64,000 nt of DNA from Octopus vulgaris (taxonomy: Eukaryota). The stretch lies in NCBI GenBank assembly GCA_951406725.2, contig OX597825.1, positions 56,482,001 through 56,546,000 of the forward strand, read 5' to 3'. This document shows positions 14,820-25,794 of this stretch, one piece after another (position 1 is the first letter of the stretch; each line of letters starts with the position of its first letter). The position numbers and the translations under genes are program-made. The notes beneath the pieces are model-generated. The model searched no databases. It worked only from the letters and a program-made list of their open reading frames with translations, and had not been told where the DNA came from.

Positions 14820-15951
14820 GGAGCATGGGGTATTTGAGGACATACCTTTTTGGGGGCCACTGCTGCATTTTTTGTAAACTCTGTAAAATCTTTGTTTCAG
14901 AAAATATTAATGGCAGACCCTCAGCTTACTCAAGAAATGAAGAGGCATGCTGTTATTGTGTTTATAAAGGCTGAACATAGCGATTTAAAAATATCTCGAT
15001 TTTTAAAAGTTGCCAGATCTTTCATCTACAAAGTTTGTAAAGAGCTAGATACTGTAGATGGAAACGTGTCACTAGTGTCAACGAATAAAAAGTATTCTAA
15101 AAGGTCTGAAATCATAAGAACGCCTGAATTTATACAGCAAGTTCAACAGATCATTGATTACAATCCCAGAAAGTTCATGAGGTCAATTGCAAAAGATCTC
15201 CATATGTCAGAAGGAACAGTCAGAAATGTTGTGTACGAAGACATCAGATATAAGTCTTATATGATGAGGAGAGGTCAATTTGTTAGAAAAGGCAAAAGAA
15301 AAGCACTACATCAGATCTAAATGGTTCTTAAACAAACTGAAAATCCAGCAGAAGAAGGTTTTATTTGGTTTTTCTCAAACTCTCCTGAAGTTCCAAGTGT
15401 TATGCATACAAAATTTCCAGCAACTGTTATGTTTTTAGGGGTTGCCAGCAATGAAGGACATGTGATGCCTCCTTACTTCTTTCCACAAGGCCTTAGAGTT
15501 AACTCTGCTGCCTACACTGAAGTCCTGAAAATAATTGTTAAGCCCTGGGTATACAGTGTATGCAATGGAAAGCCATGTGTTTCAGTAAGACTCTTGCACT
15601 ATCACACATGGCTCTAGTAACACAGGAATGGATGGTTGAAAATATTCATGATCACATAACCCCTAACATTTGGCTTCCTAATTCCCTAGATTTCAACCCA
15701 TTGGACTACTACATGTGGAGCGCTGTTGAGAAAGAAGTCGATGAACTCACCCAAAACACCAAAGATTCTTTGAAAGCTGGCATACACTGAGTAATGTCCA
15801 AAATGAACTAGGACCACTTCATTCGAGCATGTAGAAAAGAAGGTTTATTTTTATCCTCATAGCATTTTGTGATAAATAAAGTTAGTATATGTCATTACAT
15901 ATCTGTATTTTTATAGACATAAATCTATCCTCATGTACCTTACGCACCCTG
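14817..15951 (+). mobile_element. Tc1/mariner DNA transposon, maT/DD37D-like, decayed
   Basis: Imperfect TIRs cagggagcatggggtatttgagga / tcctcatgtaccttacgcaccctg in a TA context. Split transposase in ORFs 14850-15320, 15321-15617 and 15560-15790, with KFPATVM..GV.SNEGHVMPPYFFPQGLRVN and W.PNS.D.NPLDYY.W motifs. Confidence 0.9.
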
Positions 15952-15969
15952 TGTATATATATATTTTTT

Positions 15970-16022
15970 TTTTGTACTTGTTTCAGTCATTTGACTGCGG
16001 CCATGCTGGAGCACCGCTTTTA
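15970..16022 (-). mobile_element. SINE family B, 3' tail fragment
   Basis: cttgtttcagtcatttgactgcggccatgctggagcaccgc is the reverse complement of the tail of the 30348-30752 copy. Confidence 0.75.
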
Positions 16023-16025
16023 GAG

Positions 16026-16302
<277 letters not shown>

Positions 16303-16528
16303 TCAATATAGGGTGGCAAAAAAAAAATTTTGTAGAATTCTTTTGCCACCAGCGGCCTAGTAGGAAAAAAATTAAAATAGTCATAGACCATTTTTAAGTT
16401 CAACATCAACAATAAAGGAACGGCCATAATAGGCCATTCACCCACTAGAAATAACAGCCAAAGCTTCAACCGCAAATAAAAGTTAATTCAGTAAACCAGG
16501 AGAAAATTTAAAAAACATTTACCCTGTA

Positions 16529-16635
16529 ATTTCTTATACGATATACCGTTTCATCTGCTGATTAATGGTAAACTAACCTGATTAAATTAAATCAAGCCAA
16601 TCTTCCACAGGCCCTCAGATTCTTCAGTAAGAAAT
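16529..16635 (-). ncRNA. Type I hammerhead ribozyme, copy 1
   Basis: Minus strand: ATTTCTTA (stem I) CTGAAGA (core) ATCTG-[58 nt]-CAGAT (stem II) GAA ACGG-TATA-TCGT (stem III) A / TAAGAAAT (stem I). GUA cleavage triplet; predicted cut between 16537 and 16536. Confidence 0.85.
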
Positions 16636-17022
16636 AGCCCAAGACGGAACAGATATTTTCACGAGGCATTTCCGACGTTGCCAAGTTTATATCTGACCTA
16701 AAATTTTCAAATCGTCGCACTCGCGCCAAATTTATCGGCAGCAAATAAATATAAGCTGTCGATTCCATTACGGAATTAACCAGAAAATTCATAATTAATC
16801 AATATAGGGTGGCAAAAAAAAATTTTGTAGAATTCTGTTGCCACCAGCGGCCTAGTAGGAAAAAATTAAAATAGTCATAGACCATTTTTAAGTTCAACAT
16901 CAACAATAAAGGAACGGCCATAATAGGCCATTCACCCACTAGAAATAACAGCCAAAGCTTCAACCGCAAATAAAAGTTAATTCAGTAAACCAGGAGAAAA
17001 TTTAAAAAACATTTACCCTGTA

Positions 17023-17129
17023 ATTTCTTATACGATATACCGTTTCATCTGCTGATTAATGGTAAACTAACCTGATTAAATTAAATCAAGCCAATCTTCC
17101 ACAGGCCCTCAGATTCTTCAGTAAGAAAT
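17023..17129 (-). ncRNA. Type I hammerhead ribozyme, copy 2
   Basis: Same motif as copy 1. Confidence 0.85.
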
Positions 17130-17514
17130 AGCCCAAGACGGAACAGATATTTTCACGAGGCATTTCCGACGTTGCCAAGTTTATATCTGACCTAAAATTT
17201 TCAAATCGTCGCACTCGCGCCAAATTTATCGGCAGCAAATAAATATAAGCTGTCGATTCCATTACGGAATTAACCAGAAAATTCATAATTAATCAATATA
17301 GGGTGGCAAAAAAAAATTTTGTAGAATTCTTTGCCACCAGCGGCCTAGTAGGAAAAATTAAAATAGTCATAGACCATTTTTAAGTTCAACATCAACAATA
17401 AAGGAACGGCCATAATAGGCCATTCACCCACTAGAAATAACAGCCAAAGCTTCAACCGCAAATAAAAGTTAATTCAGTAAACCAGGAGAAAATTTAAAAA
17501 ACATTTACCCTGTA

Positions 17515-17621
17515 ATTTCTTATACGATATACCGTTTCATCTGCTGATTAATGGTAAACTAACCTGATTAAATTAAATCAAGCCAATCTTCCACAGGCCC
17601 TCAGATTCTTCAGTAAGAAAT
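17515..17621 (-). ncRNA. Type I hammerhead ribozyme, copy 3
   Basis: Same motif as copy 1. Confidence 0.85.
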
Positions 17622-18009
17622 AGCCCAAGACGGAACAGATATTTTCACGAGGCATTTCCGACGTTGCCAAGTTTATATCTGACCTAAAATTTTCAAATCG
17701 TCGCACTCGCGCCAAATTTATCGGCAGCAAATAAATATAAGCTGTCGATTCCATTACGGAATTAACCAGAAAATTCATAATTAATCAATATAGGGTGGCA
17801 AAAAAAAAATTTCGTAGAATTCTTTTGCCACCAGCGGCCTAGTAGGAAAAAATTAAAATAGTCATAGACCATTTTTAAGTTCAACATCAACAATAAAGGA
17901 ACGGCCATAATAGGCCATTCACCCACTAGAAATAACAGCCAAAGCTTCAACCGCAAATAAAAGTTAATTCAGTAAACCAGGAGAAAATTTAAAAAACATT
18001 TACCCTGTA

Positions 18010-18116
18010 ATTTCTTATACGATATACCGTTTCATCTGCTGATTAATGGTAAACTAACCTGATTAAATTAAATCAAGCCAATCTTCCACAGGCCCTCAGA
18101 TTCTTCAGTAAGAAAT
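18010..18116 (-). ncRNA. Type I hammerhead ribozyme, copy 4
   Basis: Same motif as copy 1. Confidence 0.85.
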
Positions 18117-18502
18117 AGCCCAAGACGGAACAGATATTTTCACGAGGCATTTCCGACGTTGCCAAGTTTATATCTGACCTAAAATTTTCAAATCGTCGCA
18201 CTCGCGCCAAATTTATCGGCAGCAAATGAATATAAGCTGTCGATTCCATTACGGAATTAACCAGAAAATTCATAATTAATCAATATAGGGTGGCAAAAAA
18301 AATTTTGTAGAATTCTTTTGCCACCAGCGGCCTAGTAGGAAAAAATTAAAATAGTCATAGACCATTTTTAAGTTCAACATCAACAATAAAGGAACGGCCA
18401 TAATAGGCCATTCACCCACTAGAAATAACAGCCAAAGCTTCAACCGCAAATAAAAGTTAATTCAGTAAACCAGGAGAAAATTTAAAAAACATTTACCCTG
18501 TA

Positions 18503-18609
18503 ATTTCTTATACGATATACCGTTTCATCTGCTGATTAATGGTAAACTAACCTGATTAAATTAAATCAAGCCAATCTTCCACAGGCCCTCAGATTCTTCA
18601 GTAAGAAAT
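18503..18609 (-). ncRNA. Type I hammerhead ribozyme, copy 5
   Basis: Same motif as copy 1. Confidence 0.85.
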
Positions 18610-19006
18610 AGCCCAAGACGGAACAGATATTTTCACGAGGCATTTCCGACGTTGCCAAGTTTATATCTGACCTAAAATTTTCAAATCGTCGCACTCGCGC
18701 CACTCGCGCCAAATTTATCGGCAGCAAATAAATATAAGCTGTCGATTCCATTACGGAATTAACCAGAAAATTCATAATTAATCAATATAGGGTGGCAAAA
18801 AAAAAATTTCGTAGAATTCTTTTGCCACCAGCGGCCTAGTAGGAAAAAATTAAAATAGTCATAGACCATTTTTAAGTTCAACATCAACAATAAAGGAACG
18901 GCCATAATAGGCCATTCACCCACTAGAAATAACAGCCAAAGCTTCAACCGCAAATAAAAGTTAATTCAGTAAACCAGGAGAAAATTTAAAAAACATTTAC
19001 CCTGTA

Positions 19007-19113
19007 ATTTCTTATACGATATACCGTTTCATCTGCTGATTAATGGTAAACTAACCTGATTAAATTAAATCAAGCCAATCTTCCACAGGCCCTCAGATTC
19101 TTCAGTAAGAAAT
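19007..19113 (-). ncRNA. Type I hammerhead ribozyme, copy 6
   Basis: Same motif as copy 1. Confidence 0.85.
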
Positions 19114-19488
19114 AGCCCAAGACGGAACAGATATTTTCACGAGGCATTTCCGACGTTGCCAAGTTTATATCTGACCTAAAATTTTCAAATCGTCGCACTC
19201 GCGCCAAATTTATCGGCAGCAAATAAATATAAGCTGTCGATTCCATTACGGAATTAACCAGAAAATTCATAATTAATCAATATAGGGTGGCAAAAAAAAT
19301 TTTGTAGAATTCTGTTGCCACCAGCGGCCTAGTAGGAAAAAATTAAAATAGTCATAGACCATTTTTAAGTTCAACATCAACAATAAAGGAACGGCGGTTG
19401 AAGCTTTGCGGTTGAAGCTTTGGCTGTTATTTCTAGTGGGTGAATGGCCTATTATGGCCGTTCCTTTATTGTTGATATATATATATAT

Positions 19489-19710
19489 ATATTTTCAACT
19501 GTGTAGGATTATTTGAATCTGGTAACGATTACACACCATCTTGCATTCACTTGTACGAGTAAATTTCACTACACACACACGCACGCATATATATATATAT
19601 ATATATATATATGCGTGCGTGTGTGTGTAGTGAAATTTACTCGTACAAGTGAATGAAAGATGGTGTGTAATCGTTACCAGATTCTAATAATCCTACACAG
19701 TTGAAAATAT
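19489..19710. repeat. 222-bp near-perfect palindrome centred on (AT)n
   Basis: atattttcaactgtgtagg...gcacgc(at)n gcgtgc...cctacacagttgaaaatat; only 2 mismatches seen between the arms. Confidence 0.95.
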
Positions 19711-20182
19711 TAGTCTTTGGTGAGGTAAGCCAGCTTTGATTGGCGCACTAGGGAGAAAAGTGGGGTTTGATACTTCAACATAGATATGGTGAAAGTCATA
19801 TTGAAAAATAATTGCAGCATAATGAGGATGTTTGCAGCTGTATCCACTTCAGTATGGCGGCTGCAGGTGCAAAAATATGAATAAAACAGAAACTGCTAAT
19901 CAAAAATTCCCGAACATTTCTTAGTAGATTAATACAATTCCACAGTTCTCGGTGGGATGATGGTGTTGGAAGATGAAGGAATTTTCAGGTGAAGAGAATG
20001 TCCTACAGTGCATGCTGTGTATAAAGCATAATATACTGTCACCATTTTACACGCTAATTTGTGCTTCCGTTCATTGTTCTTACTGTCTTCATTTATGTTT
20101 TGCTTTGTTTTTTAGATTTTGTGATGCGGATGCACTTTTTGGGGAAAGTGAGCTCTTTACTCCCTGCATTACGTTATTAATA

Positions 20183-21410
20183 TTAGGTCGACAATTATAA
20201 AATTTACAGTAAGGTAAATTTTAACAGCTGCTCATCTTGCGCCATTATTATATTTTGACAATCTTACTTTTTTGTTAGAAAGCTAACACATCTATTTCTT
20301 TATTCTAACTCATTTTGCGCTTTATAAAGTATTCATAAATCGTTTTTTTTGCTATTTTTGTTTAGAGATGGATAAGTCGGGTATTCGTCCAGTTTTGAAA
20401 TATGAGTTCTTTCTTGAAAATATAGCATCACAGACAGCTCGGAATATTAATGAAGCATTCCATTCTAATGTTATTACACAGCAGACTGTATAAAATTGAT
20501 TTGCAAAATTTCATTCTGGTAACTTTGACCTCAAAAATGAGCAACGCGGTAGACGAGAAACAAAGGTGGATAATGACGAACTGAAAGCCACTGTCGAGTC
20601 AGATCCATCTGAAAGTGCCCGTGAATTATCACTGTTGTTTGGTGTTAGCAAGCAAAGAACATTGACTCACCTAGTTCAAATCGGTAAAGTGAAAACTTTG
20701 GATAAGTGGGTTCCACATGAACTCACTGAAAATCAGAAACAGCAACGTTTGGAAGCCTTCATTATGCTATTTTCTCGTCACAAAAATTAATCATTTTTTA
20801 ATCAAATTGTAGCATTTGTTGAGAAATGGATCCAGTACAACAACCGTAAACGTTCAAAAAGCCAAATTCATCAGAAGAAACTGATAGTGCGTGTTTGGTG
20901 GTCTGGCGCAGGTGTGATCCATTATGATTTCATTAAACCTGGCTCATCAATCACGGCTGAAGTATACTGCAGCCAACTGGACCAAATGATGCAGAAACTT
21001 ACAAAAAATAGCCTAGATTAGTGGACAAATTTTATTGCAAGACAACGCCAGACTACTCCTTGCAAAAATGACATTGTCGAAACAACAGGAGTTGGAGTTG
21101 GAAATTCTCCATCATCCACCATACTTATCTGATCTTGTCCCCACTGACTACCACTTCTTCCAGAATTTGGATAAATTTTTGATTGGAAAAAAATTTGATT
21201 CCGATGATGCTGTAAAACAGGCCTTCCAAGATTTTATTGACTCTAGATTGCCAGGTTGTTACAGTTCTGGGTCGGACGAGCTACCACTGAAATGGCAAAA
21301 GTGTATCGACAATATGGGTACATACTTTGATGCATAAAACTATTCGTTGTATATTTAAAACATTAGCAAACTTCTTTTCTTTTCTACAAATTTCATACAT
21401 AACGACCTAA
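20183..21410 (+). mobile_element. mariner (DD34D, Hsmar1/cecropia-like) transposon, decayed
   Basis: TA-flanked TIRs ttaggtcg... / ...cgacctaa. Transposase from ATG 20368 (MDKSGIR..LKYEF) through LDKWVPHELT, QDNAR and HPPYLSDLVPTDYHFF to KWQKCIDNMGTYFD (21337). Several stops and deletions. Confidence 0.95.
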
Positions 21411-21424
21411 TATTTACTGCCATT

Positions 21425-21988
21425 AAGGCGGCGAGCTGGAAAAAACATTATCACGCCGGGCGAAATGCTTAGCGGTATTTCGTCTGCCGTTACGTTCTGA
21501 GTTCAAATTCCGCCGAGGTCGACTTTGCCTTTCATCCTGTCGGGGTCGATAAATTAAATACCAGTTACGCACTGAGGTCGATGTAATCGACTTAATACCT
21601 TGTTTGTCCCCTCTGTGTTTAGCCCCTTGTGGGTAATAAAGAAATAGGTATTTCGTCTGCCGTTACATTCTGAGTTCAAATTCCGCCGAGGTCGACTTTA
21701 CCTTTCATCCTTTCGGGGTCGATAAATTAAGTACCAGTTATGCACTGGGGTCGATATAATCAACTTAATCCGTCTGTCTGTCTTTGTTTGTCTCCTCTGT
21801 GTTTAGCCCCTTGTGGGTAGTAAAGAAATAGGTATTTCGTCTGTCTTTACGTGTTGGGTTCAAATTCCGCCGAGTTCGACTTTGCCTTTCATCCTTTCGG
21901 GATACCAGTTGCGTACTTGGGTTGATCTTAGTGGCTGGCCCATTCCCCCAAAATTTCGGGCGTTGTGCCAAGAGGAGGAAATATTATT
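21425..21988 (+). mobile_element. SINE family A head-to-tail trimer
   Basis: Full unit 21425-21647, then two 5'-truncated units starting at ggtatttcgtctg (21648 and 21831). Confidence 0.9.
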
Positions 21989-22679
21989 TACTGTCATCAT
22001 CATCATCATCGTCAGCAACAGTAGTAGTAGCAACATCTCTGCCATAAACAGTTTTGTTTCATCAACAATGGCAAGGTTATCCTCTTCATCGGTTTCGTCG
22101 GCGGCAGCGGCGACGGCGGCAACGTCATCGCAGTCCTCGTCGTCGCCGTTGTCAGCATCATCATCATCATAATCATCATCACCACTACCACCACCATTTT
22201 CTACTTCGTATTCTATTATTGTTTGACTAGCAAAAAAGAACATCATATATTTTCTGTGCGTGCGCGCGTCTGTGTGTGTGCCTGTATTTTTGTATGTGTG
22301 TGTGTGTCTATATTTGTCTGTGTCTTTGTGTGCTTGTCTTACGACTGTGTGAGTATGCGTGTGTATGTGTGTGCGTGAGTGTGTGGATGTGTGTGTATGT
22401 GAATGTGTTTTGTTAGCCGGGATGTTTGCATGAGTTCGTGTGTGTGTATATGTGTATGTATGTATGTGTATGTATGTTTATGTATGTGTATGTGTGTTTA
22501 TGCCTTTGTGTGTGTGTGTGTGTGTGTGTGTGTCTGTGTGTGTGTGTGTCAAAGACAGTTTCTTAATGAAGAGACAAAGGCAGCTTTATTAATAAATAAT
22601 ATTCTCAACTCCATTGTGGCTGTGTTTACATTTCATCAATAAGTATGTCACGTCTAACTTTTTACTGATAAGTTCAGCA

Positions 22680-23160
22680 CACATCTACTACCACACAAAC
22701 ACACTATCACAATACTACTATACTACATCGTCACATACCACACTATCAGGTGACTATTAACATACTAACACATTACCGTACTACCACAGTAACACTTGGT
22801 TATTTACTACCACGTTATGTCATTATCATACGAGCACACTGACATAGAGTCATAATGGTACCTCTATACCACGTTAACTTTAATACACTAACCCCCTACA
22901 GCTAACATTCTATCAGACTATACTATGCTACCACGCTACCACACTATACAACACCACCACACTGCCGCTACACAACCATAGTACCATAGTATCACATGAC
23001 TACTCTTCGACGATGCCTCTACACTTCCACACTCCCAGCCTATCACCCAATCAAATATCCATCCGAAGTTACTGCTACCCAATAATATAATCACACTACA
23101 ACAACTACCACTCCAGTAACTCACCACCACAACACAACATCTCATGCTTCCATCCTGTAA
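22680..23160 (+). repeat. Degenerate low-complexity repeat (cactac/ccacactat-like)
   Basis: Recurrent ctacca/cacta motifs with strong C/A strand bias. Confidence 0.6.
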
Positions 23161-23522
23161 TATATCTCCACGAGTCAAGTATGTCGCTTTTACTTCGTCA
23201 CTTGACTTGCATGAAATTGTTGATAAATTTCTGCCGATCCACATTCAAATGTCCTTTCAAAGGAAGGACGTACTAAATAGTGTATATACTATAGCAGAAA
23301 CCATTGGAACGGTGGTCGGCTGATGGAAAGCCAGCATGCAGAACAAACACAGAACCAGAAAATTATTTGGAGTCAATAACTGTCAGAAAACAAGAACATG
23401 GAAAATGTAGAAAAATACAACCACACACGCACACACACACACACACTCAAACACACAAATACGCAAGCACACTCACATACACACACACGCACATGCACAT
23501 TCACACACAAAAATACACGCAC

Positions 23523-23558
<36 letters not shown>

Positions 23559-23704
23559 TACAAATACAAATAAATACAGACAAGATAGAGCACCAAAATC
23601 TCTACTTAACTTGGATAACGACAAAATGACCACAGAAAACCGGAAGTAACGCCATTTTTATACGAAAGCGTTACAATACTAATAGTGTTCTGGCTACACA
23701 CTTT

Positions 23705-23925
23705 TTTTCCTTTTCTAATATAGGCAACATGTCTGAAATTGGTGAGGTAGGAAGCAAGTCAATTTAACTGACACTGGTGTTGCACTGCCACTTATTTTAT
23801 TGACCCCAAAAGATGAAAGGCAAAGTTGACCTCGGTGGGTTTGAACTGAGATCGTAAGGTGCCAGAAGATATGCCACTAACCATTTTGTGCAATGCAATA
23901 ACGTTTCTTTCGGTTCGCCGACTTT
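23705..23925 (-). mobile_element. SINE family A, diverged
   Basis: gatgaaaggcaaagttgacctcggtgggtttgaactgaga is the reverse complement of the family A body. Confidence 0.8.
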
Positions 23926-24190
23926 AATGTGGTTACACACTTTACTACAGCATTAAAAATAAAACGAGTGAAATAGTATCTGGTCGAACAACGTTCTAAA
24001 AAGTGACAAACATACCTCAGTCAAATCAGACCCAACCATCTGGAAAAAAGGGGATGGGTATATTAGTTAATGTAATTTTAGATACAGCTACAGAAAACAC
24101 CAGATAGTCGAGGCTAGAACGGTCTCCTTGATCAAATCTGAGCCAGGCCTAAACAGCAACAAACATCTAGATAAGATAGTCATGGATATA

Positions 24191-25205
24191 GGAGGGTCGG
24201 CTATAAAGTTCATTGGGTACCCAAATACTCTCATAACATGTAACCAAATGAGGCTTGTTTTTCAACATAGCCCCACTTGCGGTCTACACGCTTCTTAATC
24301 GTTGTTGTACCCATTGGTGAAAAACCTGTCATCCTGTTGGTAAAAAAAGTCAACATCAGATATGACGTCATCATCATTGCGATACTGGTTCCCAGCCAAC
24401 TATTTTTTCATGGTGGGCAAAAGATGATAGTCAGATGGAGACAAATCAGGAGAATAGGGAGGAGGGTGATCAACCGGTTCAACGCCACATTCACGCACAG
24501 TAGCCATTGAAACCAAGGTCTTGTGTGTTGGAGCATTGTCCTGATGAAACAAAATTTATTTCCTTGGTTTTCCTTGGCATTCGTTCTTGATAATCTTTTG
24601 TAACTACCACAGGAAGTTGGCATAATACTCTCCATTGATGGTGAGGCCATTTTGAAGATAATCAATAATAACAACGCCTTTTGCATTCCAAAAAGCTGAG
24701 GTCATCACCTTCCCTGCAGATGAAGCTACCTAGACCGTTGGAGCTGGAAAGGAGAGGCGTTTCCACTGCATGCATTGTCTTTTTGGCTCAAAGTGTTGAA
24801 GCCAACAATCATCCTAGCTTAGGAAACGTTCAAGGGCGTCAGCTGGATCTGCCTCAAACAATGTCAGATTTTCGCGTGATGTTATCAGCCTGGTGCGCTT
24901 TTGATCAGGTGTCAGTAAACTTGGCACCCACCGAGCAGACACCTAGTCATATCGAGTTCATTGTTCTTTTCCTTGTTTCAGTCATTTGACTGTGGCCATG
25001 CTTCAACACCGCCTTTAGTCGAGCAGATCGACCCCAGGACTTATTCTTTGTAAGCCTAGTACTTATTCTATCGGTCCATTTTGCCGAACCGCTATGTTAC
25101 GGAGACGTAAACATACCAGCATCGGTTGTTAAGCGAAATTGGGAGGACAAACACAGACACACAAACATACACACACACACAAACACACACATACACACAC
25201 ACACA

Positions 25206-25248
<43 letters not shown>

Positions 25249-25794
25249 GACGGGGATCTTTCAGTTTCCGTCTACCAAATTCACTTGCAAGGCTCTGGTC
25301 GGCCTTAAATCTCTCACGAAATATGCTAATAGCGTTGACTATTTGATTTATAGTCAATTACTTGTCATCCACCGCCATGTGGTAAACACAATCAGTGTTT
25401 TCTTCGATGATGGAACTTTCAGGACGTCCTGAACTTGAGTCATCTTCAAGGTTCTCTCTTCTCCTCTTAAATTCAGCTGCCCACTTTTGCATTATTGAAA
25501 AAATTGGAGTGTCATTCCCTAATGTAGCAACGATATGAGCATGCATTTCCTTAACAACTACAAACTTGTTTCTGCAGGTACTTGATAACAGAACGATGCC
25601 AAATTTTGTGCATTTTCAAGAGAAGTCCCTACTTGTTGCTTTTGAAGTCTCCTTTGAGAATTCAGAAGCCAGTTTATCTGGCAATAAACAATACAGTTAT
25701 CAATAAGAAGGTTTGAAATTAAAGTATGCGTCAACACTCGCATCACCACTTCATAGTCAGACTGAACTTTTATGAACTTTTCAGCCGACCCTCG
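24191..25794 (-). mobile_element. mariner (irritans-like) transposon, decayed and interrupted by a SINE
   Basis: TA-flanked TIRs ggagggtcggctataaagttcat / atgaacttttcagccgaccctcg. Minus-strand MHAHIVATLGNDTP.FSIMQKWAAEFKRRRENLEDD..SGRP, and PYSPDLSPSDYHL near 24420-24460. Confidence 0.92.
24964..25305 (-). mobile_element. SINE family B (5'-truncated) nested in the mariner
   Basis: Reverse complement of the family B body and tail, with an internal (CA)/(TA) microsatellite. Confidence 0.85.

Noticed and set aside
16592-19270. Repeated 66-aa minus-strand ORF (MNFLVNSVMES...) and 64-aa ORF in the array units
   Set aside because: No recognisable domain. The 66-aa ORF runs into the ribozyme core, the 64-aa ORF is broken by homopolymer changes in most units, and recurrence merely reflects the repeat.
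20368-21337. SETMAR-like domesticated gene
   Set aside because: Multiple stops and frameshifts, intact TIRs and no SET domain; an ordinary dead mariner.
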